Shown piece after piece: positions 17,584 to 28,830 of a stretch of 64,000 nt of DNA. The stretch's first letter is position 1. Every line of letters starts with the position of its first letter. Where the stretch lies: the NCBI GenBank assembly GCA_034003985.1, contig JAVEXP010000003.1:58643-122642 (forward strand), written 5' to 3'. Both the position numbers and the translations under genes were made by a program. The DNA is from Patescibacteria group bacterium. Its GTDB lineage: Bacteria; Patescibacteriota; Patescibacteriia; Buchananbacterales; UBA6539. The notes under the pieces were generated by a model, which did not search any database, was not told the origin of the DNA, and saw only the letters and a program-made list of their open reading frames with translations.

Positions 17584-18054
17584 ATGTTTTTAACCGTCCA
17601 TACCGCCGCAGGCATTATTATCGGCGAAACCGTAGGCAATCCCTGGCTGGCTTTCCTCGCCGGCTTCATCTCTCATTTTATACTGGATGCCATTCCCCAC
17701 GGTGACAATACACTAATAACCAACCGACCTAAATTCGCCAAGAACACGATTGATCTGCTGGTTAAATTATTAATAATCGACCTGGGTTTTTTGGTTCTAA
17801 TTTTTGGCGCACTATATTTGGAAGGAGAAATTTTACTGACCTGGCCTTTGATAATGGCAGTTGCCGGCACGATCTTGCCCGATTTCATTCAAGGAGTATA
17901 TTTTTTAACCAAAACCAAAAAATTAGAGAAATATTTCGCTTTTCACGAAAGAATGCATACGGTTATGAATGGTCTGACCGTATCATTTAGAACCGGAATG
18001 ATAATTCAATTCTCCGTATTGATGATATTACTATTCATTATCTATTTGATTTGA
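17584..18054 (+). CDS. Membrane-bound putative metal-dependent hydrolase, tandem paralog
   Basis: Same motifs: HTAAG, SHFILDAIPH, GTILPD, FH..MH. Confidence 0.7.
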   Translation: MFLTVHTAAGIIIGETVGNPWLAFLAGFISHFILDAIPHGDNTLITNRPKFAKNTIDLLVKLLIIDLGFLVLIFGALYLEGEILLTWPLIMAVAGTILPDFIQGVYFLTKTKKLEKYFAFHERMHTVMNGLTVSFRTGMIIQFSVLMILLFIIYLI

Positions 18055-18141
18055 AAAACCTGCATCACCCCACATCCCCACTTGGATATATATATAATAA
18101 AAAATGCCTGATTGCTCGGGCAAATTTTTATTATATATAAG

Positions 18142-19410
18142 TTAGATGTCTAAAATCTTGATGAATTCTTGTTTGTTCTTGAATGGGCCGATCAGAACCA
18201 AATTAAGATGTGATTTTTTAATCAGATCATTGGCTACCTGCAAAACCTGCTTTTTGCTGACGGCAAAAATTTTTTTCAAACGCTCTTCGGGAGAATCCAG
18301 ATTATTGAAAAATAATTTTTGCTTGGCATACCAATCGGCAATATGTTCGGAATCTTCCAGGTCCAAAACCATTTTACCTTTCAAAAATTCCTTGGCATTA
18401 TTAAGCTCTTTGGCACTGACGCCATGGTCTTTCAGCTTCCTTAATTCGGCCAAAATGACTTCAATGGCCTGTTTAATTCTGGCTTTATCAAGCCCGGCCT
18501 GAATCATCAAAGTACCGACATCTTCATAGGCGCTAACATCGGATTTAACGAAATAAGCCAATCCCCGGCGTTCGCGCACCTCTAAAAATAACCGCGAACT
18601 CATATTGCCTCCCAGGATAACCGACAGCAGATAAAGCGGATAAATTTTAGTGTTTTTAAAACTGTAGGCCAAAAAACCCAAGCCCAATTGAACTTGACTG
18701 CTGGATCGGTAAACCAAATTGAGCTGGGGCTTAGATTGATTAATTTTCAGCCGCTGATATGATCTGTTGGAATGACGAGTGCCAGAATAACTGAAATATT
18801 TGTCGGCCAATTGGGAAACTTGTCTTCGGGTAATATTGCCGGAAACTGCCAGTACCAAATTTTTAGCTTGATAAAAATTATTTTTAAAAGCCAAAATCTT
18901 TTGGCGACTAACCTTTTGGATTACTTCCTTGGGCCCGGAAATTAAACGACCAAGCGGGTGGTCACCAAAAACAGTTTGTTCAAAAATTGAAGCAAGCAGC
19001 AGTAGCGGATTGTCGTGGTACATATTAATTTCTTCAATAATCACTCCCCTTTCCTTATCAATTTCTTGACCGTCAAATTTGGAATTAAACAGCATATCGG
19101 ACAAAATATCAAAAGCTAATTCCAAATGTTCCCGGCTAACTTTGATGTAATAACCAGTATGGTCTTTGGCCGTAAAAGCGTTATACTCGGCGCCAACGGC
19201 ATCCAATTCCCTGGTCAAGTCCAAACTGGTGGGGCGCTTAACCGTACCCTTAAACATCAAATGCTCAATAAAGTGCGAAACCCCGTTAAGATCTTTTGAT
19301 TCATAACGAGAGCCAACCGGCACCAATACTAAAACCGTCACCGCTTTAGTTTCTTTAAGCGGCGCCGTAATAAGATTTAATCCGTTTTTTAGTTTAGTTT
19401 TTTTAACCAT
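18142..19410 (-). CDS. M16 (pitrilysin/insulinase) family Zn peptidase
   Basis: Inverted zinc motif HFIEH (GVSHFIEHLMFKGT), NAFT, LGGNMSSRLF.EVRE.RGLAY. Confidence 0.95.
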   Translation of the reverse strand: MVKKTKLKNGLNLITAPLKETKAVTVLVLVPVGSRYESKDLNGVSHFIEHLMFKGTVKRPTSLDLTRELDAVGAEYNAFTAKDHTGYYIKVSREHLELAFDILSDMLFNSKFDGQEIDKERGVIIEEINMYHDNPLLLLASIFEQTVFGDHPLGRLISGPKEVIQKVSRQKILAFKNNFYQAKNLVLAVSGNITRRQVSQLADKYFSYSGTRHSNRSYQRLKINQSKPQLNLVYRSSSQVQLGLGFLAYSFKNTKIYPLYLLSVILGGNMSSRLFLEVRERRGLAYFVKSDVSAYEDVGTLMIQAGLDKARIKQAIEVILAELRKLKDHGVSAKELNNAKEFLKGKMVLDLEDSEHIADWYAKQKLFFNNLDSPEERLKKIFAVSKKQVLQVANDLIKKSHLNLVLIGPFKNKQEFIKILDI

Positions 19411-20788
19411 TAAGCTTGCCTAATAAGTAAGCGGCTAATTGGTCAACCTTAACCCGTTCCTGGCTCATGCTATCGCGATCGCGAACCGTGACGGATTTAT
19501 CGTTTAGAGTATCAAAATCAATGGTAATACAGTAAGGAGTGCCAATTTCGTCCTGGCGGCGATAGCGGCGACCAATACTTTGGGTTTCATCGTAAGTGAT
19601 GGAAAAATATTTGCGCAAATCGTCAGCAAGTTCCTTTGATAAATTAGTCAATTCTTCCTTCTTGGATAACGGCAAAACGGCTGCCTGATATGGCGCCAAA
19701 TCTTTTGGCAATTTCAAGACTACCCGGGTTTCGGTCTTGCCGTCTGCTGTTGGCGCCGCTTCTTCGGTAAAAGCTGAAACCAAAACGGCCAATAAGGTCC
19801 GGTCTACTCCCCAAGTAGGCTCAATCACATGGGGAATAAATTTTTCATTAGTCTTAGGATCGGTATAAGACAAGTCCTGACCGCTCAACTCGGCATGACT
19901 TTTTAAATCGTAATCAGTCCGGTAGGCCAAACCATAAAGTTCGTCCTGACCAAACGGAAACATAAAATCAATATCAACTGTCCGTTTTGAATAATGAGCC
20001 AACTCGTCTTTACCGATTTCCCGATAGACCACCGATTGCTGACTGATACCCAATGAATCAATCCAGGCTTTCATTTCATTAAGCCAATGCTCAAAATATT
20101 TTTCCCAATCTTGCTCCTTGATGAAATATTCAATTTCCATCTGCTCAAATTCCCTGGTACGAAAAGTAAAATTGCCGGGAGTAATTTCATTGCGAAAAGC
20201 CTTACCAATTTGAGCAATTCCAAAAGGAAAGCCGGTGCGGGTTGAATCAATGACATTTTTAAAATCGACAAACATCGCCTGAGCGGTCTCGGGCCGCAAG
20301 TAAGCCACCGCCGTATCGTCTTCCACTGGACCGACAAAAGTCTTAAACATCAAATTAAATTTCCGAACCGGCGTCAGCTCTCCCCCGCACTCCGGACATT
20401 CTTTCAATTCCTGAGGAGCTTCTTTCATTGTCCCTAAATCCGGTTTAATGCCCTTAACTTCCAGAAGATGGTCGGCGCGAAAGCGCTTTTTGCATTTTTT
20501 ACAATCAACCAACGGGTCGGTAAAATTTTTCAAATGGCCGGAAGCTTGCCAGACCTTGGGATTCATAATCAAAGCAGCATCAATTCCCACAATATCACAG
20601 CGGCCGTGAACAAACCGTCGCCACCACTTCCGTTTGATATTGTTTTTTAATTCAACGCCCAACGGGCCGTAATCCCAAGTATTAGCAAACCCGCCGTAAA
20701 TTTCGGAGGATGGATAAATAAACCCTCGCTGTTTAGTAAGGGAAATGATTTTATCCATCAGCTGATTGTCGATTATTTTTTTTGCCAT
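19403..20788 (-). CDS. glyQS: Glycine--tRNA ligase, alpha2 type
   Basis: Motifs SEIYGG, LRPETAQ, GKAFRNEITP, FRTREFEQME, HVIEP, IGRRYRRQDEIGTP. Confidence 0.96.
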   Translation of the reverse strand: MAKKIIDNQLMDKIISLTKQRGFIYPSSEIYGGFANTWDYGPLGVELKNNIKRKWWRRFVHGRCDIVGIDAALIMNPKVWQASGHLKNFTDPLVDCKKCKKRFRADHLLEVKGIKPDLGTMKEAPQELKECPECGGELTPVRKFNLMFKTFVGPVEDDTAVAYLRPETAQAMFVDFKNVIDSTRTGFPFGIAQIGKAFRNEITPGNFTFRTREFEQMEIEYFIKEQDWEKYFEHWLNEMKAWIDSLGISQQSVVYREIGKDELAHYSKRTVDIDFMFPFGQDELYGLAYRTDYDLKSHAELSGQDLSYTDPKTNEKFIPHVIEPTWGVDRTLLAVLVSAFTEEAAPTADGKTETRVVLKLPKDLAPYQAAVLPLSKKEELTNLSKELADDLRKYFSITYDETQSIGRRYRRQDEIGTPYCITIDFDTLNDKSVTVRDRDSMSQERVKVDQLAAYLLGKLNG

Positions 20789-20836
20789 AGACCAAGCTTA
20801 ACTTAAAACGACTTTTTTTTCAAGGCCTAATTCTGA

Positions 20837-21400
20837 CTAGATTAAAAAATTCACAACTACGGCGCTAACCACCGCCACGGTAATATTGTCGTCAATTTTT
20901 AACGGCAAACTTTCGGCGATGGCCGCGACAACCGCCGTTTTAAAGCTGACGCTAACAAGCTGGCTGGTGACCAAAATTGGATCAAACCATTTGAGCACCA
21001 CCCCCGCGCCGAGGGCGCCAAAAACGACAAAGGCCAAGCTGCCAGCATAACTCTTGGTTAAATTCCAAGGCAACTTTCTAGTCTTGAAATTACGGCCGAT
21101 CAAAGTGGCCATGCCGTCGCCCAAAGCCAAAATACCCCAACTTACAGCCACCACTTTCAGGGGAAAAATTAAAATCAAAGTCAACAAAACCAAAAAATAA
21201 GTCACCGCGCCGTTACGGTATTGTTTTTCGAAATGGCGATAGAAGTGAGAACGAATTTTCAAACGAGGAAAAATGAATAATACCAGCACCAGTAAAAAAA
21301 TTAAAATTAAAAGCGACTGGAAAACCGACAAAAATTTTAAGACAAAGGCCAGGCCAAATAGCAGAATATGAACGGCTTGTCGCTTGGTTTCATTATGCAT
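20837..21400 (-). CDS. Polyprenol/phytol/dolichol kinase-like membrane protein
   Basis: Motifs RQAVHI, LALGDGMATLIG, KSYAGS, AESLP..IDDN. Confidence 0.85.
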   Translation of the reverse strand: MHNETKRQAVHILLFGLAFVLKFLSVFQSLLILIFLLVLVLFIFPRLKIRSHFYRHFEKQYRNGAVTYFLVLLTLILIFPLKVVAVSWGILALGDGMATLIGRNFKTRKLPWNLTKSYAGSLAFVVFGALGAGVVLKWFDPILVTSQLVSVSFKTAVVAAIAESLPLKIDDNITVAVVSAVVVNFLI

Positions 21401-21403
21401 AAA

Positions 21404-24400
21404 TTATCCAAAGATGCTGGGTGAAGGTTTATCTTTTGAGGCGGGTTTGTCTTTGGGCGACTCGGATGAAACACCGGGCGTTTCCGGCTTGGTTGCCGAT
21501 TCAACTTGGCCTGGTTTAACCGTCGGGGTTTGAGTTAAAGTTTGATCCTGACCCAAAGATTCGATTTTCTGGTCAAGGGTCTTGGCAATATCCTCAACCT
21601 GATCTTCCAGGCCATCAAGATCTTCCTGGCGTTCATCAATTTCTTCATGCAACTCATCCAACTGTCTTTTGGTCTTGAGCAGCTCTTCCAATGATTCACG
21701 GCCAACACCGCTACTTAAACTATCTACCCGTTTGGCCAAATCTTGGTCGGCTACTGGTTCAGTCGAACTCTCTGGTGCAAGCGGTTTAGATATTAAAGAT
21801 ACTGAAGACAAATTGGCCGACTGACCAATCTTTGGTTGGACACTGGTCTCTGGTTGATAACCTGTCGATTCCGTCGAAACGACAGTCGGCGTACTCGGAG
21901 CTGACGGCTGAACCAGGTCTTGACCTTTTTCCAAAGGAATATCTAAACCAATAACGGTTTCACGATCTTTGCTCACTAAATTAACATCAGCGGTCTGGCC
22001 TTTCCGATAGCCCGGCTTTTCGGCGGTAACATAATAAACATTATTATTAACCAAAAAGGAATAGCGGCCGCGGTTATCGGTTACCCGGGTCTCTAAAAGT
22101 TTGTTGTATTGCTTGTCATAAATACGGGCAATGGCGCGCGCCAATGGTTTTTTGGTTGCCCGATCATAAACAATACCCCAATTCTTGGGTGGCCGTTCAT
22201 AGCCCAAACGACGAAACAAAACATAAAGCAAGCAGTGAACGCCAAACAAACTAAAAGTCAGCGGACCGGGGCTGACAACCATTGAAATAGCCGCCAGCGG
22301 TACGGCGGTAAAAGCCGCGGCATATTGAATCTTGCGCAAATAATGCTGAATAATAATCCGAAAAACCGGCTTTTCGCTGACCTGCGGGTCAATTGGAATG
22401 TTGACGGTAATATCGGCCCGGGCAGTGGTAACTTCCACCACCTCGCCATGATAAACATCAAGATAAGTGACATCTTCTTTAACATCCTTCAGATATTGCG
22501 TCGGAAAATCAAACTTCGGCTTAGTTACGGTCAAATAGTAACGGCCTGGTTCGGTCAAAAAACTGTAGCGCCCCTGTTTATCAGTTACCCGGGACTGAAT
22601 CAACCGACCGTTTTCTTTGTTGTAAAGACGAACAATCGCCAAATCAACCGGCTGTTTGGTCAAGGCATTGTAAACCACTCCCCACTTCCGCCGTTTTTTT
22701 CTGAATAATGCAGCAAACGGCTGGGTGATAAAAAATTGAAGATAAGAAAAGAAATTGATGAAAGAAAAAGTGGCAAAAGTATTAACGGCAACAGCCGTAA
22801 CGACTACCGGCGCCACCACCTCGTTGGCCTGTTCGACTAGCGGGTTATCAAAAACCTCCTCTTCCAAAAATGCCTGAATATTGACAATCACTTCGGTTAA
22901 ATTCAGCTCGTTGTTGTCTTGAGGGCTTTCACAGCCCGGATCAGCTGGAAAATCAACCAATGAATCCTGATCGTTATCCAACCCATCAACGCAAGCTGAA
23001 AGTCTTAGTGAAAAATCCGGCGGAATGCCGCAGTCGACAGCACAAGACCAGTTAGTCTCAACTTCTTCGCAAACTCGATTGCCACAGCAAGGAATGGTAG
23101 CCAAACAGCTGCAACTACTGACATCAAGATACTGACAAGTACCGCAAGCCAACTCGCAACCGGCCAGACAGGAACGCGAAACCGGCGGTTTACCCAAATC
23201 CAAACCACAGCCGTTCAAATCGGAAACGGTTCTGGTTTGAACGCCGTTGATACACTCGCTCCAGGCCGTAACGGTCCAATTTGGGGTACAAATCACCACG
23301 CAATCCGCAGGACAATTATCATGATTTTCCGTCAATTCACAGACACCATTGCCACAAAACGGCACAATGTCTTCACAAATACACTGATCCAAATTGATCT
23401 GCTGACCGCTGCCACAAGTCAAGCCTTGGCAAACATCGCCACAGCTGCGGGTTAACGCCGGCTGATTGATCGGAATCGGACAGGCATTGCGGTCAAAACA
23501 ATCCCGCGCCTGAATGCCAGACGGCGGACAAACCGCCGGCTGCCAGTCAGTACACTGCCAATCGGACAGACAACTGACTGAACAATCCTGAGGACAAGTA
23601 TAAGGATCTTCCAGTGGCGGTTCACAAACACCATTGCCACATTGCGAAGGAATTGGTTGGCAAGAACAATTCTGGGGATTTAACTGAAAATTGGGAGGGC
23701 AAGTCACTCCGGCACAAGCGTCACAACCGATGGTCTCTTCGGGCAAGGGTTGATCGTTCCAGCAATTATTAATTTTTTGGCAGCTGCGAGTCTTTTGATT
23801 ATTGACACAAGGAACCTGATCCCAATCCGCGGGAGTACAAAGCCATTCGGCTTGACAGGGACAATCAGGGTCAGCAATGTCAACAAAGCCGTCGGCATCA
23901 TCATCAATGCCGTTGGAACAATTTTCAACCGCTCCCAAGGTCTGAAAGGAGCCGGTAACTGAATCTTGAGCGCTGGCCGCGACAGCGGTAATCCGATAAT
24001 AATGAACAGTCGATGACTGCAAACCAATAATATTATAACTGAAATTTTGACCAGTTAAACCGCTAACCGAACCATCACTGACCGAAACATTGGTCCCCCA
24101 TTCCAAAGTCGAATCAGCCACTTGGCAAGCCACGACCCAGCTGACAGTAGCCGAATTGGTAGTCGGCGTGGCCAAAACATTAGTAATATTTAATTCCCGC
24201 CGGCAGGTACTGGAACAACAATCACCGGAGACCAAGTTACCGTCGTCGCATTCTTCACCGGCTTCGACAATGCCGTTGCCGCAGCCAACTTCCACTTGGC
24301 AGATAGCCGAACAGCCGTCACCGGAAACCAAATTGCCGTCGTCGCATTCTTCACCGGCTTCGACAATGCCGTTGCCACAAGCCACGCTGATGCAAGGTTG

Positions 24401-25243
24401 AGTGCCGGAAATAACATTACAACCATCAGTACAGACAAACGAACGCTGGTTATTAATACATTCACCATAACTGCAAACTTGGTCACCGGGAATGCATTCT
24501 CCTTTGTTGTGAGCCAAATAATCCTGGGCATAATAATTATGATTGCCACCAACTTCCAAGTTGTAGACATCAACTTCAAGAACTTGCGGGATGATGCTGA
24601 CAATCGGCACAATTCGACCGTCTTTAGTCAGCAAATTATCGCCGAGCTTGGCAAAACCAATCGGCTGCCACTGACCATTAATGTAAAATGGATGATTGGG
24701 AGTTACTTTGATTTCATCATTGATAATCAGGTAACCACCGGTCTGATGCTTAAAAATTTGAGTAACCAAACGATTTTCCTGTCGGCCGGTGGTTTCATTA
24801 TAGGAAACCACCACATCACCTACTTCAACATCTTCAATGTTTTTGGTCACACCGCCGGCCAAAGCAATGTCAGTATCGCCCAAGAAACAAGCCGGCGCGC
24901 CGCAAACGCAATTGACGCAAGATGCGCCACCACTACAATCAGCGTCACTCTCACATTCTTCCGCTAAACTGATCGGGTTTTTGCAAATGGCGTCACAATA
25001 AGTGCCATTTTGAATGGAGCCGTCACCACAACTTTCCGTCAAAGTATTGCCATCGTCACAAGACTCGCCGGCATCAACATTACCGTCGCCGCAAGCTGGG
25101 CCGACATTAAGATTGGGCACTTCGGCGCTGACATTAACATTGGCGGCAAAAACCGTCGACAAACTGAAATTAATAAAAAACAAGCCAAAACTAAGGCTCA
25201 GAAAAAAACTAAAAATAAAATATTTTTTGGCCATTGACTTCAT
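21404..25243 (-). CDS. Large Cys-rich membrane-anchored surface protein: DUF4215-like repeats, Hint domain, FN3-like, Ca-binding-like repeats and two carboxypeptidase-regulatory-like domains
   Basis: Signal peptide; [15 protein letters not shown] repeats; CFLGDT...VTPNHPF...VYNLEV..NHNYYA..YLAHN; [20 protein letters not shown]; [10 protein letters not shown] and [10 protein letters not shown]; TM segments; coiled-coil tail. Confidence 0.85.
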   Translation of the reverse strand: MKSMAKKYFIFSFFLSLSFGLFFINFSLSTVFAANVNVSAEVPNLNVGPACGDGNVDAGESCDDGNTLTESCGDGSIQNGTYCDAICKNPISLAEECESDADCSGGASCVNCVCGAPACFLGDTDIALAGGVTKNIEDVEVGDVVVSYNETTGRQENRLVTQIFKHQTGGYLIINDEIKVTPNHPFYINGQWQPIGFAKLGDNLLTKDGRIVPIVSIIPQVLEVDVYNLEVGGNHNYYAQDYLAHNKGECIPGDQVCSYGECINNQRSFVCTDGCNVISGTQPCISVACGNGIVEAGEECDDGNLVSGDGCSAICQVEVGCGNGIVEAGEECDDGNLVSGDCCSSTCRRELNITNVLATPTTNSATVSWVVACQVADSTLEWGTNVSVSDGSVSGLTGQNFSYNIIGLQSSTVHYYRITAVAASAQDSVTGSFQTLGAVENCSNGIDDDADGFVDIADPDCPCQAEWLCTPADWDQVPCVNNQKTRSCQKINNCWNDQPLPEETIGCDACAGVTCPPNFQLNPQNCSCQPIPSQCGNGVCEPPLEDPYTCPQDCSVSCLSDWQCTDWQPAVCPPSGIQARDCFDRNACPIPINQPALTRSCGDVCQGLTCGSGQQINLDQCICEDIVPFCGNGVCELTENHDNCPADCVVICTPNWTVTAWSECINGVQTRTVSDLNGCGLDLGKPPVSRSCLAGCELACGTCQYLDVSSCSCLATIPCCGNRVCEEVETNWSCAVDCGIPPDFSLRLSACVDGLDNDQDSLVDFPADPGCESPQDNNELNLTEVIVNIQAFLEEEVFDNPLVEQANEVVAPVVVTAVAVNTFATFSFINFFSYLQFFITQPFAALFRKKRRKWGVVYNALTKQPVDLAIVRLYNKENGRLIQSRVTDKQGRYSFLTEPGRYYLTVTKPKFDFPTQYLKDVKEDVTYLDVYHGEVVEVTTARADITVNIPIDPQVSEKPVFRIIIQHYLRKIQYAAAFTAVPLAAISMVVSPGPLTFSLFGVHCLLYVLFRRLGYERPPKNWGIVYDRATKKPLARAIARIYDKQYNKLLETRVTDNRGRYSFLVNNNVYYVTAEKPGYRKGQTADVNLVSKDRETVIGLDIPLEKGQDLVQPSAPSTPTVVSTESTGYQPETSVQPKIGQSANLSSVSLISKPLAPESSTEPVADQDLAKRVDSLSSGVGRESLEELLKTKRQLDELHEEIDERQEDLDGLEDQVEDIAKTLDQKIESLGQDQTLTQTPTVKPGQVESATKPETPGVSSESPKDKPASKDKPSPSIFG
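24240..24376. repeat. Exact 41-bp direct repeat (24240-24280 and 24336-24376)
   Basis: ccgtcgtcgcattcttcaccggcttcgacaatgccgttgcc occurs twice, 96 bp apart, encoding [14 protein letters not shown]. Confidence 0.9.
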
Positions 25244-26193
25244 GATCGCTTGCTTGGCTGATGTTTTATTTTTTTAATTTTCTTATTAAGACAAAGAAAA
25301 ACAATCAAACCAACCAGCAGCAGTAAGACCACGGAAAGCAAGCGCCAAGGGATAAACCAAAAATCAACAGTCCGGACAACCGGCTCGGCTGAACCATAAG
25401 CAAATGTTAAACTGGCCTGAATTTTTCCTACTGCCAAATATTCAAACTCCTGCTTGGCACTCAACCAAAAATTTTGCCAAGCCGAACCGGCAAAACCACT
25501 ACCCCAAGCCACCTCAAACCGTCTGACCGTATCCGGCAAAACGGCTTTATGATCGGGATTAAGCGGCAAGCTGGCCAATTGTCCAAACCACCCGCGCAGT
25601 TCAATCACGCCAGTCGGACGCTGATGGATATTGCCGTTATTGGCAAACCGCACCAAAAAATTAAGCGGCAGCTCCCAAAAAATATTTTTAGCCTCAGCCG
25701 GGGCGAAATCCAAAACTTCACCGCTCTCGACCAAATCGCCCTCGACTTTCAAAAAAATCAGCGTTCCAACTTTACTATTTACCGCCAAGGAATCGACTTG
25801 TTTATCCGGAGATTGCTGCCAAAAAATAACAGCGTAATAACCGCCTGGAACGGCCTTGGCGGGGATAGAGACGGTAAACGGCACAATTGCCACCTGACGG
25901 GGCTGTAACAGAATTGAATCGGTTGGAACGGTAAACCAGTCAAGATATAATCGCCGCTGATCAGGTGGCAAATAAATCGGCGTACCGACTTCATCACTAC
26001 TGGTAAAAGCTTCAATACTGGAAACCAAAACTAAATCCTCATCAGTCTCGTTATATAATTTAACAACCCCCTGAAGTGTTTCGCCGGGCGCACCGGTCAA
26101 TTCAACCACCGGCGAAAAAACCGTCGCGGCCCAAACCGGGGTGGCCAGTAACCAAGAACCAAAAATAATGGAAAATAAAAAAAACTTTTTCAT
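25240..26193 (-). CDS. DUF916/DUF3324-like surface protein (WxL-interacting type)
   Basis: Signal peptide; F.V..P..A.PGGYYAVIF; F.NNGNIH..P.G; VLP...R; C-terminal TM plus basic tail. Confidence 0.75.
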   Translation of the reverse strand: MKKFFLFSIIFGSWLLATPVWAATVFSPVVELTGAPGETLQGVVKLYNETDEDLVLVSSIEAFTSSDEVGTPIYLPPDQRRLYLDWFTVPTDSILLQPRQVAIVPFTVSIPAKAVPGGYYAVIFWQQSPDKQVDSLAVNSKVGTLIFLKVEGDLVESGEVLDFAPAEAKNIFWELPLNFLVRFANNGNIHQRPTGVIELRGWFGQLASLPLNPDHKAVLPDTVRRFEVAWGSGFAGSAWQNFWLSAKQEFEYLAVGKIQASLTFAYGSAEPVVRTVDFWFIPWRLLSVVLLLLVGLIVFLCLNKKIKKIKHQPSKRS

Positions 26194-26199
26194 GACGGA

Positions 26200-26922
26200 T
26201 TAAAAATTAGCAGTAGCCGCGAAAGTTAAAGTAGTTGAATAATTGCCTTGAGCAGTAGCCGTTGAGACATTGGCAATGTAAGAAATCGTAAAAGTCGTTT
26301 GGTTGACTAAGCTGGATGCCGAAGCCACCACATCACCGCTGTTAAAGGCAAATTGGTCGGCAGTATCATAGGGACTAGCTGCCGCGCCGATTGGTGCGCT
26401 GCCCGAAGGGTCCGCACCGATAGACGGCGCATTGTTGGCCACCAAGTTGATGCCAAACTGTTCGGCACCAATCGTGCTAGGCGAGGCTGTTGCGCCGATC
26501 GCTGCGATAGTATTAACACCGCTGGTCAAAGTCGAACCGCTAACGGTGACGGCGAAACCATTGGTGGCATTGGTATTAATAATCATGGTGTGACTGTCAC
26601 TTTTAGTGGCCGAGTCGCTTAAAGTACCCAAATCAACAGCCGGGTCAGGAATGGCAAAACTCAAAAATTCACCAGGATACATTTCCTGAAAGCCAACTTT
26701 GGCGCCATAATTTGCCGAGGTTGAAGTAGCCGACAAAATAATGGCTTCGCCAATGGTATCATGAAGCGAATAAGTATCCGAGGTACTGGTGGACAAACCA
26801 CCAGAACTAAAAACATCGGCATAAATTACATAATTGTCACTTTCCATGCGCGCCCAAATATTTAACGGACACAACAAGGCCCCAAGACTTAAAAACAAAA
26901 AATAGGTTAAAAATTTGTTCAT
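26200..26922 (-). CDS. Secreted beta-rich, WxL-like protein
   Basis: Signal peptide; MES.NY.I..D; TNATNGFAVTV; EQFGINL; ends GNYSTTLTFAATANF. Confidence 0.65.
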   Translation of the reverse strand: MNKFLTYFLFLSLGALLCPLNIWARMESDNYVIYADVFSSGGLSTSTSDTYSLHDTIGEAIILSATSTSANYGAKVGFQEMYPGEFLSFAIPDPAVDLGTLSDSATKSDSHTMIINTNATNGFAVTVSGSTLTSGVNTIAAIGATASPSTIGAEQFGINLVANNAPSIGADPSGSAPIGAAASPYDTADQFAFNSGDVVASASSLVNQTTFTISYIANVSTATAQGNYSTTLTFAATANF

Positions 26923-26974
26923 AAATTAATTAAGTTACTGTTGATATTATACTAAAATTTTGACTTTAAATCAA

Positions 26975-27001
26975 AATGACCCCGCCATAGGCGGGGTCAT
27001 T
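26975..27001 (-). terminator. Rho-independent terminator
   Basis: AATGACCCCGCC-3 nt-GGCGGGGTCATT. Confidence 0.8.
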
Positions 27002-27020
27002 AAAAATTTAACTGAAACGA

Positions 27021-27572
27021 TTACTGAGCGGCTGAATTTTTCTGACTGTTAACATAGTCATTAATCGCTTGGACAACCCGCGAGTCGTCTTTCAAATCTT
27101 CCATAATCACCACATGATCACGATTAATCACCATTTCATCGCGCGGGCCATGAAGTTCATTACCCAGCTTGATTAAGGTTAAACGCTGCTGGGTTTCCTG
27201 ATTGGTAGTATCTCCTTCCTGGCTGCGTTGCAAAGGCTGGGTTACCACCTGCAAATAATAGATATCGGTTAAAACCACCAAGTCATTGGTAATTTTGTCG
27301 ACTTTACCGAAATAAACCTGACCATTAGTCAGAAATACTGCCTGCCACTGGGCCCGCAGGCTGGAACCACCGGGTAACCAATTGCTACCAACTCCGGTAT
27401 AGCTGGCGATCAAATAGATACCGCCGCCGATAATTACTAAAACGACAATTAAAGTTACTAAACCTTTGAGCCAGGAGCCGCCGGTTTCTTGACCCGGTCG
27501 TTTGGCAACTGGAGTGGTACTTGAAGATTGATCCATAGTTTTTAAATTTTTTGGTGGCACGGGATAAGCCAT
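27021..27572 (-). CDS. Conserved single-TM hypothetical protein
   Basis: SD AAGGAGG; motifs AVFLTNGQVYFG, DIYYL, LIKLGNELHGP.D.M.INRD. Confidence 0.8.
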   Translation of the reverse strand: MAYPVPPKNLKTMDQSSSTTPVAKRPGQETGGSWLKGLVTLIVVLVIIGGGIYLIASYTGVGSNWLPGGSSLRAQWQAVFLTNGQVYFGKVDKITNDLVVLTDIYYLQVVTQPLQRSQEGDTTNQETQQRLTLIKLGNELHGPRDEMVINRDHVVIMEDLKDDSRVVQAINDYVNSQKNSAAQ

Positions 27573-27681
27573 GTTTACCTCCTTAGAATTATAATGTTGG
27601 GAATCTAGTCATTCCCAGCTAATTAAATATTTAATATTTTGATTATACAGGTAAATTAATAACTTGAAAAGCCCTGACCGA

Positions 27682-28743
27682 CTATTCCAAATCATCCTTA
27701 AGTTTAGCCAACTCTGACTTCTTAATAAAATCACTAACAATCACCCAAACTACCGTCGCAGCCGGAATAGCCAAAATCAAACCGATAATGCCGGCAATCC
27801 GGGTGCCAATCAACATAACGATAATAATAATAACCGGGTTCAAACCGACTGATTTTTTCATCACCTGGGGAACAATAATGTTATTTTCCACTTGCTGGAT
27901 GACAATATACAAAATCAAAACCGCCAACCCGCGACCAAACGAAACCGGCGGTACGGCAAAGCCCAAAAAAACTGCCGGAATTGCCCCCAAAATCGGTCCG
28001 ATATAAGGCACCAGTTCGGTAATGCCGGCGACCAGCGCCAAAACCAAAGCATACTTGGGTAACAGAATAATCAACCCAATGAAAGATAACACGCCGATAA
28101 TCAATCCCAAAATCAGCTGCCCCCTGGCCCAATCGCCGATCTTTTTTTGAATAGCAGTAAACAATTGACTCAAATGATCATGATACCGCGCCGGTGCAAT
28201 GGCCCGCAGAACCCGATCCATTACATCTTTTTCCACCACCAAATAAAAAGTAATAACCAAGATCATGATAAAGTTAACCAGATTTTCGAAGATGGCGATA
28301 ATAAAACCATAAACACCAGTGGCTGCCTGTTGCAAACCTGACTGTAGACCCTTCAAGCCGCTCATGACATTATCCAACAACCCTTGCTGCTGTGAGTATT
28401 CTTTAATGCTCAGATAATTTTGAGAAATTTGTTCCCAGAAACCCGGAAAATTTTGAATGAACAAACCAATCTGTTCAGCAATTGGCGGGATTAACAACCT
28501 AATAACCAACACCAGAAATAAAAATAAAATCAGGTAAATTAAAAAAATCCCCAAGGCGCGGGGGATCTTCTTTTTTTCCAAATAACTGACTGGCGGTTCA
28601 ATCAAAGCGGCAAAAATGATGGCGATAAAAACCATCAACAAAATGTCACCGATGAAATAAGCAAACAACACTACGGCAATAATTCCCAAAAATTTCAGGA
28701 TCGTTAGCGTTGAAATATTAATGGTGATATTTTTTTCGTCCAT
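27682..28743 (-). CDS. AI-2E family transporter
   Basis: Motifs WARGQL, LVPYIGP, QQVENN...PQVM...VGLNP, G.ILAIP. Confidence 0.92.
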   Translation of the reverse strand: MDEKNITINISTLTILKFLGIIAVVLFAYFIGDILLMVFIAIIFAALIEPPVSYLEKKKIPRALGIFLIYLILFLFLVLVIRLLIPPIAEQIGLFIQNFPGFWEQISQNYLSIKEYSQQQGLLDNVMSGLKGLQSGLQQAATGVYGFIIAIFENLVNFIMILVITFYLVVEKDVMDRVLRAIAPARYHDHLSQLFTAIQKKIGDWARGQLILGLIIGVLSFIGLIILLPKYALVLALVAGITELVPYIGPILGAIPAVFLGFAVPPVSFGRGLAVLILYIVIQQVENNIIVPQVMKKSVGLNPVIIIIVMLIGTRIAGIIGLILAIPAATVVWVIVSDFIKKSELAKLKDDLE

Positions 28744-28830
28744 TGTAATTAAACTCCTTTCAAAGCATCTTAATTATAATAAATTATACTTGCTAATGTC
28801 AATTAAAAAAGATATGATAACTGAGATTAG

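Noticed and set aside
24240-24376. CRISPR-like direct repeats
   Set aside because: Only two copies, in frame inside a CDS; no cas genes.
24506-24889. Canonical mobile intein
   Set aside because: The +1 residue is Lys, there is no endonuclease domain, and the host is a secreted protein.
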